Assembly (NCBI GenBank): GCA_951406725.2
Contig: OX597826.1
Location: 6,324,001 to 6,388,000 of the forward strand
From: Octopus vulgaris
Taxonomy: Eukaryota
Direction of reading: 5' to 3'
Length of the DNA stretch: 64,000 nucleotides
Part shown: one piece after another, positions 25,857-39,445 of the stretch
Position numbering within the stretch: position 1 is the first letter of the stretch
How the letters are laid out: the number at the start of each line of letters is the position of its first letter
The notes under the pieces: generated by a model
The model's input: only the letters and a program-made list of their open reading frames with translations
What the model was told of the DNA's origin: nothing
Database searches by the model: none
Program-made: the position numbers and the translations under genes

Positions 25857-25919
25857 TGATATTGATGAAGTTACCATAGGTGCATATTCACATGAGTGCA
25901 ACCACGCTTCAGTTCGAGT

Positions 25920-25974
<55 letters not shown>

Positions 25975-28551
25975 TATATATATCTGTATGTACGTATATG
26001 TATATATACTTATATACGTATGTATGTATATGTATGTGCCTGTATATATGTGAGCCGACATGTATGACTGTGTGTATGCGTGCGAGTAATTGTATGCATG
26101 TGTGTGTGGGTGTGCGTGTTGTTATGAAATCTAGATTTCGTCATACCCATTGCAAAACATCCTCACCGGAGAATATTCATAGAAGAGGCATCATTGAGAT
26201 GATAATGCCGCAATCGCCTCTAATTTGACAAGATAGTTATAATAGACAGATGATATCAAGTGCAGTTCTTGAATGCATTTCCATATTCTTATGAATATCC
26301 ATTCATCATATATCCAATATAATTCTCAAGTCGATCAAGAATACATTCTAAAGATTATTTTCAAACAAAAAACTATCTACATAAAATAAAATAAAATAAA
26401 AATACAAAGAAAAAACCCGGGGAGGACTAGAAAAGAAACAATTCTTAGCAAAATATACAAATATATAATTCTATATTATGTATATTGAAATTTTATTTTT
26501 AACACTCCATTATCTCTATCCATTTCTTTGAAAATCCTATTTCATACTTATTATATAATTTTGCAATATTTGTCATTTTTTTTTATTTACTATTTCTTCT
26601 AATACATCTTATATATATTCATATATATGTATATTAATTATTTGTTCTTGTTCGTTATAATATTCTACTCAGATTCCTATTCTCATAAGCCACATTTTCT
26701 TTATTTGAAGAGGCTTTAATTGATACCACTTTGGATTTCCCTCTAACTTTTCTTCCTTTCAGTTAAAACTGATATCGTCTCTCAACTCTTAATTGATCAT
26801 TCATACGATGCATTCTCATATACTTGTACACAGAAATGCATACGCATATGTGTATTTCTGTGTATTCTGTAATGTCTGTTTGCGTGCATGCGTGTTCGTA
26901 TGTATGCTCATATACCAATACATCCATTCGCACACACACATATATATATATATGCATATACATTATGTATGTACGTATACATACACACACACTCATACAC
27001 ACACATACATACACATATGCATGCATTTATATATGTGAACGTGTCATCACTCATAGGAACACACGCGCTTATCTACACATGTACATAAGTGTATATTTTT
27101 CATCTATGCTATATATTTTACATATGAGTGTGTCTGTGTGCACACGCGCACGTGCAATATGTATGTACATGTGTATGTATTTATATTTTTTAAACTTTAA
27201 ATTACATATATATTCAAGATATTTGCGAGAAAATATAAGACATTTTTGTCGAAGAAATGGAGTTGTTTAAATGGATGACGTTTTATTCAATAAAAAATGC
27301 CTCAACATCTTAATTATACATACTGTATCGACAAAAGCTTGGTGAAACTTATGAAAAAAATCTGTTCATAATTAGTGCATCTTTGCTATTAGTCATATCT
27401 TCGTTGTTGTGGAGGCTGTCAATTCAACTCCTTCGAGATTTAAATTCTGAATTTAATAGTATGAATCTAAATGAATCAGTAATTAATATACACCCTAAGA
27501 CTGTTTCTGATAATTTACTATCTTGCAATTCTTTATGAAAATGTATTTATTCCACTAATACATTTCTGTATTTCTATATTCTGTATTTATTCATTTTTGT
27601 TCTACCCAAACCCAGCTCTGATCGCACAGATCTCTGTTCAAATTATTACCTAACATTATTTAGGCTATAGTATACCACAATTCGCCCAAAATAGAGCATT
27701 CATGCGATCTAGCTGTTTTCATACGAAAAGATTGTGATTTGCAGAAGAATTGACTTCAGTTTTGAACAGAAGATGCACATAGCTTATAAGTTCGTTTGCT
27801 TGCTTAAGCGTCGTATAAAGAACTGCTGTTTAGTAAAGAACGGATGTCATAGTATTACGTATCATTCCCATTATCACATTGTATTTTCCCCTTAAAATGG
27901 CTCTAATTGGTAATCCGAATTATATTTGCGCTATATTTAGCAACAGGAATAAAAAGATATGTTACCAAAGTCACGAACAGATGCGAACAATGTTCTTTTA
28001 TATCGATATATTGTAAACACACGTCTTAATATAAACGTTGTTTGCCGTAGTCATTTAATGGCTGAATGTTTATGACCTTCGTCTTCCAAAGAAATATTTC
28101 CATTTTGTAGTTACTTTATTTTGTTGCTTTCGTTTCATAAAATGAACAAAAAACGGGTAAAAGAATATGCAGAAACAATAGCAAGTGCCTAGCCTTCTAT
28201 TACTCAGTTGTGATAACGACAATAAAAATATACCGTAAACGCCCCGCTTGCGTGAGATAAACAATTTAGTTGTATATTAAGATATTCGTAATTATAATCC
28301 ATGATAATCACTAAATACCATGTCGTTCCTCTCGGATCAGCTGGATGACACAGAAAAATAGTTTGGTTCGTAGAAACATTACCAAAAGATCCAAATCTGT
28401 AAAGTAGTTTAGTCATTTTTCAACATTGAAACCAATGTATCAGGTTTCATACTTATTTTATGGTTGAATTTTATGATTGAAATTCTCTTTATATCTCTCA
28501 CTATGAATCTAGATACTAATTGTTATAGCGTTTTATATCCATTAGATGCAG

Positions 28552-28959
28552 CTCTTTTATACTCTTTTACTCTTTTACTTGTTTCAGTCATTTGACTGTG
28601 GCCATGCTGGAGCACCGCCTTTAGTCGAGCAAATCGACCCCGGGACTTATTCTTTGTAAGCCCAGTGCTTATTCTATCGGTCGCATTTGCCGAACCGCTA
28701 ATTTACGGAGACGTAAACACACCAGCATCGGTTGTCAAGCAATGCTAGGGGGACAAACACAGACACACAAACACATACATATATACATATATATATGACA
28801 GGCTTCTTTCAGTTTCCGTCTACCAAATCCACACACAAGGCATTGGTCGGCCCGGGGCTATAGCAGAAGACATTTACCCAAGATGCCACGCAGTGGGACT
28901 GAACCCGGAACTATGTGGTTGGTTAGCAAGCTACTTACCACACAGACACTCCTGCGCCT
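28552..28959 (-). mobile_element. Full-length SINE family A
   Basis: Reverse complement of 20329-20736, from AGGCGCAGGAGTG to the (GTAAAAGA)n tail. Confidence 0.92.
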
Positions 28960-30600
28960 ATATATTGTTTAGATTTTTCTTTGACTTAGTTTAGTGTTAG
29001 ATTTTATAGTTTATGATAGCACCCAGCCGTCTACATAATGTCTGTAGGTACCAGTATATCTCTACGTACCGATACTAGACCTATCACTTTGCTCTGACTG
29101 ACACTGAAGTTACAATGTCAGAATTTATACAGGTATATGATTGTAAATTGCTACCAACGACGGTATCTTTGTAGGTACCCATATACTTGTAAACATAAAT
29201 ACTGATAAGCTATAATCGCTAGAGACTGGATTTTCTATTTTAGACTGTCGCCCGACTTAAATTACTACTACTGCACCAATATAGATATGCAGTTCACTAT
29301 CAACAAAGCAATAACGCTTAGCACACATAATGATGATTTCTAATAGGAATACTTTCGTTGCAGCTGATAATTATTTATGTTATTGACCTCAAGAACATTG
29401 ATGTTATTTTCGCGAGGGTTGAGTGGGGAGTCTCTGGGCTTCTTGTTTCTATATTTTCAGTAATTTCCCACCACTTGTGATAAGTAAAGTCTGTCTTCGT
29501 TGCCAGACTAAACGGCAGCGCTTCCGACAGATTGTCGCTTCTGCATCCTGATCGCTGACTCCTGTAACTTCAAACTGTACTTCAAACTATAACCTGTAAA
29601 CAGTAGTTTCAAGCTCACACTCTCTTGTGTTCCCGTACCACACGTTTCTCCTACTCTCCATTACACATCCTTAACGTTCCTCGATTACGTTAATCCCTTA
29701 AATGTTCTATATTGCAACGGGTAAAGCATGTAAGCCTCATCTCTTAAACCAACAGACAAACTACCATATTTCCGTACCCAGGGCATTGCGAAATCCGACA
29801 TAGCTGTTTAGTTTTAGAGAATAACTATATGTTATAAAATCTATTGTTTCCTTGAGACCCCATTCCGCTAAAATTCTTCGTTGTTACTAGGCACTGATCA
29901 CCTATCGCGAAGTTGGCATAAACTCAGGAATATCTGCTATTGTAAATTGTTTATGGCATTCTTTATTACTCATTACATCTATTCTGTACTAGTTAAACAA
30001 TGATGGTGGAGACGACAACGAAGATGAGGAGGAGGAGGAGACGGAGAAGGAGGAAGATGACGACGACGACGATGAGGGCGAGGAAGAGGAAAATAAAAAA
30101 AGGATATATATTTAAAGTGTATAAACAAAAGAGGAAATCAAAACAACTGCCAATTTGAAATAGAGTGAAAGATGTCCCTTGGCCAATACATCGAAAGACT
30201 CGAAAAATATGATGTCAGCCAGAATCAAAGTCAATAACAGCTCGAAACCTGTGAAGCAAACAGTACAGCAAATGTATAATTTCAGGTGGACCAGACCAAT
30301 AAAAATGCAGAAATAGAGACACGTCAAAAGATGGTACATTCTATGAGGGAAATGTCGAACCTTCAACGTTCCAAACGTTGAGTAATGTTGTATACAGGTA
30401 CGAAATGATATATATGGAAGGCCTTGCTCACAGTCAAACTGGGCAACTATATTGATGAATGTCATCAATCTCTTAAATGTTTCAATGTCTAAAGGCTAAA
30501 TTTTAGGTTCCCATTTTCTATAATTTGATATATTCGGTACCGAAGATGCGACAGTATGTGTGTGAGTGTTATATATATATATACAGATATATAGATAGAC

Positions 30601-30649
<49 letters not shown>

Positions 30650-30860
30650 GATAGATAGATAGATAGCACAGAATAAGTAACTAGCTAAATTTGTCGTCTG
30701 CTAATAGTTTGGCATATGCTTATCATGTGTCTATGGCAGGTATGTATATTTCTTTCCTGAGCGTCCAATAATACTATATTTGTTCCACGTCCTCGCGTTG
30801 TTGTGTTTTTTGTTGTGTTTTCTTGTTTGGATTAACTTCATATATATATATATATATATA

Positions 30861-31312
30861 TAAGAAATATTGAATTTCTAAATCTCCCGTAGAGACCTGT
30901 ACGGTGGTGGAGCGATAGAATGGTTGTATACTGTCAATCTAACAAGAACGTGACAGTAGGGGGTACACCACCGTTGTATAGCCCTAGGAGGCATCGAAAT
31001 TCAATATTTCTTATTTTGATAATCAGTGAATAGACTTCACTGAGTTTACATATATACAGATACGAAGTCCACACAAATATCACCAGCCGACCGGTGTCTG
31101 CTACTCTAGGCCGATGAAGGACAATGATCCTGAAACACGGTGTCCCTAGATGCAGTTCTGGCGGTTGGGGGTGTTTCTATCCCCTTCGTATATGTATACA
31201 GGGAAAAAATGTGTCGAAGCTGTCAGGAGGCGTTCGATGCCTCCTAGGGCTATACAACGGTGTGTACCCCCTACTGTCACGTTCTTGTTAGATTGACAGT
31301 ATACAACCATTC

Positions 31313-31315
<3 letters not shown>
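30861..31315. mobile_element. Penelope-like pLTR with nested inverted repeats enclosing a hammerhead
   Basis: 30915-30998 and 31233-31315 are inverted with a single 1-nt indel. 30861-30878 and 30996-31013 form an exact 18-bp inverted pair. Inserted in (TA)n. Confidence 0.75.
31105..31150 (+). ncRNA. Minimal type-I hammerhead ribozyme motif (U4C change)
   Basis: TCTAGG-CCGATGA-AGGA caatga TCCT-GAAAC acggt GTC-CCTAGA. Stem I extends imperfectly outward (CTGC/GCAG and further, to ~31081/31173). Predicted cleavage after 31144. Confidence 0.75.
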
Positions 31316-31376
<61 letters not shown>

Positions 31377-31377
31377 C

Positions 31378-31420
<43 letters not shown>

Positions 31421-31578
31421 TATATATATACATATCTATACTTATATATATATATATACATATCTATACATATGTATGTTTGTGTATATATATTCACATA
31501 TATACACACTTAAAATCATATATATCATTTATCGTTAGGATATGAATGCATATATGTGTATGTTTGTATGTATTTACG

Positions 31579-31609
<31 letters not shown>

Positions 31610-31968
31610 GTATAACTATATTTGTGTGTATATATTTATATATGAATGTATATATATGTGTGCATGTGTGTGAGAGTGTGTGTTTGTGCATATCTATGCT
31701 CCTATGAGCTTATGTATGTGCCTGTGACTCTTTCGCCTCATGACTCTCTTACATATGTTCGCCATGAAACATAGTTACCGTGTATTTATCCGTAATGAAG
31801 TATATATTTTGCAGCCTAATCACATACAGACACCTAAATATATGTGCTTGTGTGTGCATGTGTGTGTGAGTGTGTGTGAGTGCGTGTGCGTGTGTCTCTG
31901 TCTGTCTGTGTGCGTGTGTTTATAAATACACATATCTTTATACACATGTACATAACACTGTGCATATA

Positions 31969-32007
<39 letters not shown>

Positions 32008-32739
32008 TTATGTGTATCCGTGTGTGTGTATGTGCGTGTATGTATATTAATATGTATGCATGTATGTATGTAAGAGTGTGCATAATTATGTGTACGTGTA
32101 TACAAATGTGTGACTTGATATTTATTACAGACTGTGTATTAAGATGTGTTAGCCAACGTGATGCCATATTTTTATAGTAAGTTTCCGGCCAGTCAAGTTT
32201 GCGAAACAGATTTTGATAGAGATTCAGTCATTCGTGATTTAATTTACTCCCCAATGCTTGCGAGTTCCTAAAATTGAATAGACTTAAGAGTTATAGATTC
32301 TATTCGGCAATAATTCCCATGTACATTTAAAATGTCCAACGTCTATTAAGCTGATAATTTTCATTGTTTGATATTCCAAATCTTTATAACGTAATTTTAC
32401 TAATATACTTTTGTTAAACAGCCAAAGTTTTGAAGCTCGCTTGAGAATAAATCAAACTGCGGAGTATATTTTAGTAGAGTAGAATATGATTTGAAAGACA
32501 AAATACGATGAAGTGAATTATAATTCGGCAGTAAACTGCGAATAAACTCTACAACTACATGGCTAAACATAAAGACCATAAATATATTCATATACACGCA
32601 GATTTAAAAACAAAAACACTCAGACACATAGCTGTGTGCGTTCGGTGTGTATATGCATAATTTACATACATACATACATATATATGTGTGTGTGTATGTG
32701 TATGTATATATGTATATATATACATATATATATATATGT

Positions 32740-32770
<31 letters not shown>

Positions 32771-33045
32771 CATGATATATATATGTGTGTGTGTGTGTGT
32801 GTGTAACTATGTGTGGCTATATATATATGTATGTGTGTATGTATGTATGTATGTATGTATGTATACCTGCATATAAATATGTGTCTGTATGTGTGTTTGT
32901 GTCTAAACATATATGTGTATATATTTGGATATGTAGGTGTTTGTGTCATCTGAGTTGATGTATACACATCATTATGAATCATATTTCACTTTTTCTGCTT
33001 TTTATTATTCTAAATATATATATGTGTGTGTGCGTTTGTATGTAT

Positions 33046-33094
<49 letters not shown>

Positions 33095-33288
33095 GTATGT
33101 ATATACATATGTATATATATGTGTATATATATATATGATATATATATATGTATGTGTGTATGTATATATGTATATATATATATGTATATATATACACATA
33201 TATGAGTATTTGTGTATATATAAATACATATTTATGATCATATACATATATCTATTATTACGTATGTGTGTATACATATATATATGAT

Positions 33289-33328
<40 letters not shown>

Positions 33329-34470
33329 TGTGTGTGTGAAAGGGAGAGAGAGAGAAAGAGAGAATGAGAGTGAGTGAGAGAGTATTGCACATAGATGTAT
33401 GTTTATTTTATATTTTGTGAGTTTTTGCCTGGTTTATATGCCGAATAGAATGAAATATATTACATAGAGACAAAACAAATATTGACATAACTTCTTAATT
33501 TCTAAATAATACGATATAGTTATTCTCTCGTATTTATTTTGATACCATGATGATGTATGAACGTTTTAACAGCTTAATCTTATTTATATGTTTCTATAAA
33601 CAAAATTTACATAACTTTCATAACATTTTATATAAAATATCAAATTGAAAATTTGACTTGCATTTTATTTTTAATTCTCTTCACAATTTTCGTATTCTAA
33701 TGGAAATATAACGTACAAAAACGTTATGCCGATACCGCGATAATATCACTATGATCTCTGTGTTGCACTGTTTGGGTTTGTATGTATGTTTAGTTTTCTG
33801 GCTTCTTTTCACGTGGAATTTTCTAACACTTGTGATCAATCATGTGCAAGTAATGATGAATATTTATTGCTTCATATAATATATGTTTTGTTAATATATA
33901 TTTTGTCAATAAAACTTGTTCTCATTTTAGTTACATCTCAAGGTTTACATAGACTACAATGTCGTCGAGATTAGCATTATCACGAGGAATGCGTGTCTTC
34001 ATGAACATATCTGTGTTTTGTGGGCATATGTACTTGCGTGTGCGCGTGCATATATGAATGCGTGTTTGTGTGTGTGTCTGTGTGTGTGTCGGTGTGTGTG
34101 TTCACATATATGCATATGATAGCTGCAAACGCGTGTCCGATGCCATCACTGGATCGAAAGTTCCACATTTACGAATGCTAAGACCAATTACTTTTGTGAT
34201 AGGTCTTACTGTTTTCAAGCGATGTCTGTGCCTAATGATTTTTTTACAATTGCGAACAGATTTGCACAAACCCAGTCCCATTCTCTCAACTTGGACAACA
34301 TAAAAGAAGAACTCGTCTGCATCTTTGAACATAGTCAGTATCACAGGTTTTCTCCCAGAGTTTCACTCTCCAAGACATATGTTTTGACAGCAACATAGGG
34401 ACATTACACTTCCACATGCATCTCATACATACACGCGGACATATACATATATGCATATACATATACATGT

Positions 34471-34508
<38 letters not shown>

Positions 34509-34568
34509 TGAAATGTTTTTATAAAATTATTTTACCATTATCTACCTTGACTTTTTCCATATATATAC

Positions 34569-34654
<86 letters not shown>

Positions 34655-34655
<1 letters not shown>

Positions 34656-35360
34656 TTCAGCAAAATTTAGATTCAAATGAACATGGTACTTAATTTAGAT
34701 GCACCCGAATTCTGTATGGTGTTATCCATAAAAATCCGTGGGGTGATTATAATCAAAATAAGCAACAAGAATTACTCCGGTAATTTGGTACGATCGTTTC
34801 GTACTACATCATTTTATTAAATGTTGTAAGTACTACAACAGTTTTAAAATGTTGAGCACTCATCAGCCAATTATAAAGGTTTTCCATTAATACAAAAAAT
34901 TTCATATCAAGTGGCAACATTATAGAGAAGGTAGATACACAGACAAAGATGTGAATTTAAATTTTAAGAACATTTGAGGTAGTGGAGCCCATCAAGTGAC
35001 TGACTAAGATTCAGTTGTTCCAGACTACTGTAAGGTTCTGAGAGGGAAGAACAAGTTATAGAAATGGGGTAAAGGGAATGTCATAGCTCCATATAAGGAA
35101 TTTATGTAGAAGGCAGCATTGTCACAACTAAATGCCAATTACTACTATTTGATAAATATATTCAGCGTAAGGAGAACTAGGTCAAAGTCAAATGGTCACA
35201 ATAACATTCACAGAGAATGCAGAGACCTTACAAACCCTATGCATACCAACACAACCGTTGGTCTATAAGTTCCAAGTACTTTGACACGTTAAATAAAGGA
35301 AAAAATATAAATCTAAAATTTATTCAAATTTGGAGAAAGAGACTATCACGAGAAAATCTT
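34655..35360 (-). mobile_element. Penelope-like element remnant (pLTR with hammerhead plus non-coding interior)
   Basis: The terminal ~150 bp is homologous to 2146-2310 and abuts (TA)n. The right-hand boundary is approximate. Confidence 0.55.
34785..34870 (-). ncRNA. Type-I hammerhead ribozyme with canonical core and long stem II
   Basis: Minus strand reads TTGG-CTGATGA-GTGCT...AGTAC-GAAAC gatc GTA-CCAA. Helix III is the palindrome ACGATCGT; stem II carries an internal partial duplication. Confidence 0.8.
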
Positions 35361-36419
35361 TATTATCTATCTCTTTTCAATTGTTCTTCCCTCTCTCTCT
35401 CTCTCTCTGTCTATATATATATATATATACATATATATATGTGTGTGTGTGTATGTGTGTGTGTATATGTGTATGTATATATATACGCAAATGCATATAC
35501 ACACATACATACACACAGACACACACATATATATGTATGTTTGTATTTATATTGTCTTCGCTGTATATATTTTTTCTATAATCAATGTTATTGCAGAAAT
35601 AATACAGTATACTTGTATGCATTTTTTAAAGACAGGGATGAATTATATAACCCATTCTGTCCTTAGTCTAAGCGAGAATAGTCTCCGTGTATCTCCTGCA
35701 CAACCAATCAGGAATTACACCAGCATAGTTTTACTTATGACATCATTTCTGTTTGCTTTATTTAACTTAACAGAAACTAATTTATATTTTGCTCTCTGTA
35801 ATTAAATACAAAAACTTGCTAGAACTATGAAGATTGTTAATGATTAAAATCCAAGGTAATTACCATACATTTCGATCAAACAATCTCTTACATGATTTCG
35901 ATTCTCTTTACACACCTATCCAACCAAGTAAATCTTAGTTAATTACTATGCCATTCACACGTCTGCCTATTATACTCACTCTGTTATGTAACGAACATTT
36001 TGTTGTTCACAAATCAATCTATTGAAGTTAATTAACAGATAAAACACGCAGGATTTCATATAACTGAGGTAGTTGAAATCAGCAGAGATGAAAAGCATGT
36101 GAACTGAACCTAGAGAAGTAAATAATCTCCAGCGTATTTAAATTTTTCTAATGCCAAGTTTAATACACAACAGAATCCAGGAAACTTGCCTCATGAGCGT
36201 ATGACTCGCGAAGGACGTTTGGTTCAGTTGATTCTTTAATAATGCAAAGTTATCCTAGTAGACATAAATATCTTATCATCACAACGAACATAATACAAGT
36301 GATCCACTTCTAAGCTTTGCGAACAGATTATTCAATCCATTATCGTATGAGCGTTGAATACTTTCTAATGAAATCTTTTGACATCATTTTTTAACTTCTT
36401 TCTTCTATGACGCTCCGTT

Positions 36420-36600
36420 CATGCTGGTACATTGACGTCAGGCGTTTAGTCGAACAAATCGAAATCAATATTTATTATTTAAAAAATATAGTACTTATAC
36501 TATTGGTTTCTTTCGCCGAACTACTAAGTTACAGGGAAGTAAAATAACCAGCACGGGTTGTCAAACGGTGGTAGTAAAAGAAAAACAAAAGCACATACAC
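36420..36600 (-). mobile_element. SINE family A 3' module (diverged)
   Basis: TTTAGTCGAACAAATCGA...GTACTTAT.CTAT..GCCGAAC..CTAAGTTAC...GGTTGTCAA; colinear with 28620-28770. Confidence 0.75.
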
Positions 36601-36624
36601 TCGTGTATATATATACATATATAT

Positions 36625-37010
36625 AGGCGCAGGAGTGGCTGTGTTGGAAGTAGCTTGCTAACCAACCACATTGTTCCGGGTTCAGTCCCACTGCGTGGCA
36701 CATTGGGCATCTGTCTTCTACTATAACCTCGGGCCGACCAAAGCCTTGTGAGTGGATTTGGTAGACAGAATCCAGTCGTATATATGTATTTATATATTTG
36801 TATGTGTGTGTATGTATTTCTGTGTCTGTGCTTGTCCCTCCAACATCGCTTGACAACCGATGCTGGTGTGTTTACATCCCCGTAGCTTAACGGTTCGGGA
36901 AAAAGTGACCGATAGGATAAGTACTAGGCTTACAAAGAATAAGCTCTGGAGTTGTTTTGCTCGATAAAGGCGGTGCTCCAAACTGTCCGCAGTCAGATAA
37001 AAGAAGAATA
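36625..37010 (+). mobile_element. SINE family A, near full length
   Basis: AGGCGCAGGAGTGGCTGTGT head, GGTTCAGTCCC B-box and the 3' module. Confidence 0.9.
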
Positions 37011-37029
37011 TACATATCAGAATTCTACA

Positions 37030-37155
37030 AAGATTCCATCTACGAAATTCATTTACAAGACATTACTGGCTTCGGAGCTATAATAAGTGACTCTTGTCCA
37101 AAGTTCCACGCATTGGATCTGAAACCAAATAAGATGGTTGCAAAGTGACCTTCAC
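37030..37155 (-). mobile_element. SINE family A head fragment (highly diverged)
   Basis: TTCCATCTACGAAATTCA...CCACGCATTGGATCTGAAACC, colinear with 28810-28930. Confidence 0.6.
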
Positions 37156-37783
37156 GAAATGCAAATATAATTCGTTAGTAACAAATTTAGTTTTAAAATA
37201 TATTGTGCTGTTTTTTTGTTCTTGTTTTTCACAAATTGTTATTGTTGATTATAAGCGGCTCGTATTTAAAAATATAACACCATTATAAATAATAGTTACG
37301 ATAAACACCAACTCCATTATAAAAAAATCGAACATTAGAAGTCGCTCGAATATACTTCACTATCTTAATGGTAGGTACTTTACTGATACCAACCAATACA
37401 TATATTACGTATTGAAACTATCGCAATTGAGCGCGAAAACATACAATTGAATTGAATTCAATGCACATTATATTAAAAGTGGCAATCAAGCGGGTATGAT
37501 GGAACCGATAACAAAAGAATTTAAACTCAAATTACTCATAAAACGGTTTATGATTAGCAGGTAAATTGCAGTCAGCACAGACCAGTCTGGCTTTATTGAC
37601 ACAATTTTATTTCCCATCCACATTCTGTCGACTTGATAGCATTACGCATCCTACTAGCTCTCCTATTCTAACTTCTTAAACTAACCCCTAGTCTGTTAAA
37701 AAATACCGCTATTAGCCACCAGATGTCTACTGCCCTCAATTTTGTCGCGCGCTTCTTCATGGATGTCCGCAATGAGACTACTA

Positions 37784-38349
37784 TTGGATAGTCCAGAAAG
37801 TTCGTGCCGAATTTTAAAGGAAAGAAAAAGGTCAATAAATACTTGCCATTACATTTTTAATCAATTAAATATGAACCATTTTGTTGCACATTGCGTCTCC
37901 ATCTTTCCTTTAATTTGAAAATACCCTCTTCCCAGAATTGCGGTGGTTTCATGGCAAAGAATTCATCAAGGTAATTTTTTACGTCATCCAAGGAATTGAA
38001 ATTTTTACCGCTAAGACTATTCTGCACAGACCTCAATAAGTGGAAATCCGAAGAAGCAATATCTGGTGAATATGGAGGGTGGAGTAACACATCCCAGCCG
38101 AGCTGCAGCAATTTTTGTCTGGTTCCCAAATCATTAGGTGCAGAAAACGAACTTTCTTATTTTCCATTTTAAAGGGTTACAGAATTAACACAGGTTATAG
38201 GAACATAAACCTTGTTCCACGAAAAGATAGCTTAAACTGTGCTCTAAATGGAGGTGTAGTCAAATCTTATTTTATGGACTCAACCATGTTCTAAAATAAG
38301 TCGCGAGATAAGCTACTATAAATCGGCACGAACTTTCCGGACAACCCAA
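37784..38349 (-). mobile_element. Internally deleted mariner transposon (566 bp)
   Basis: TIRs TTGGATAGTCCAGAAAGTTCGTGCCGA and (reverse complement) TTGGGTTGTCCGGAAAGTTCGTGCCGA, 3 mismatches in 27 bp. TA on both sides (37782-83, 38350-51). Confidence 0.95.
37857..38129 (-). pseudogene. Mariner transposase C-terminal fragment
   Basis: LGWDVLLHPPYSPDIASSDFHL carries the YSPDLAP(S)D motif, followed by FWEEGIFKLKERW...NGSY. The N-terminal two-thirds is deleted. Confidence 0.93.
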
Positions 38350-38919
38350 TATTTCGTACATGTCTGATATTATATTCCGACACAACAATCACAATATTCT
38401 ACTGACAATAGTTACTGCAATTCAGGGTAACTATAATTCCGTTGAAGAACGCTGAGAAAGCTATCTTATTCAACAGATTCAGCGGGTGAATATAAAACAT
38501 AATGACAATTACAGAAATGAGACATCATATTTGTAACTCACTCAACTAGAACGGTACACAGCTATTTCTGTACAGATATCGATGAATTGCCTCCAAATAT
38601 AGATATTGATACGTTCCAGAAAAATACCAATGATTTTGTATCTAATTATATATTGGGCAGTTTTACGCAGTATTTAATAATGATGCTGTCGATGTGTTTT
38701 TGCAAGTTATACGCTATTACCTTTGATAAAGAGAAAGGTAATACCAGATAAATTCTCTATGCAATAAATGCTACTTTCGAAATGAATGTGAGCTGGTTTA
38801 ACGAGGGAACGTGTGGATATATTTAAAGCAGATGTTCTGTAGGTGATATCTCACATTGTACAATGAGGACCAAATGTCACGCATCAAAATATTTAGGATT
38901 ATATCTATATTACTTTATT

Positions 38920-39055
38920 AGGTGATAGTTGGCAGAGTTGTTAGCAAAACGGATTAACGGTTTTTCTTCCGTCTTTACGTTTTCAGTTCAAATTCCACCA
39001 AGTTCAACTTTATCTTTCATCGTTTTGAGGCTCGATTAAATAAGTACCAGATGAT
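38920..39055 (+). mobile_element. SINE family B (diverged, partial)
   Basis: GTCTTTACGTTTTCAGTTCAAATTCC...CTTTCATC...TAAGTACCAG. Confidence 0.75.
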
Positions 39056-39445
39056 AATTCCGGAATCTACTGGACATGGAATTATTTTGTTCATACCTTT
39101 TGGCCCGGCTTGTACTTTAGTAGTAAATTTTCACCAAGACTGAATACAGACTCGTGAAGGACCAGAACAAATTGGAATGGTATAATGTTAAGACGCTATA
39201 ACCATACTCCTAAAACATAACCTCAAAACGTTTGTATGACAGAAATGTTGGTGACGAAACTGATTGAGTATAATTAATAATTAATTCAGTATACTTGTGG
39301 AAAGTGTCCCTATATCCAACACAAGCGAATAACAAGAGAGTTAGAAAACGCACATGGGTGTATGTGCGTGTAAGTGCATAAATAAATACACATATACCCA
39401 TGAATACCTACACATTTCTAAGTATGTACAGGTGTATGTATGTGT

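Noticed and set aside
30000-30400. Acidic GAY/GAR run followed by a possible exon after TTTCAG (30286)
   Set aside because: The run is trinucleotide low-complexity sequence interrupted by stops, with no recognisable protein or convincing splice pair.
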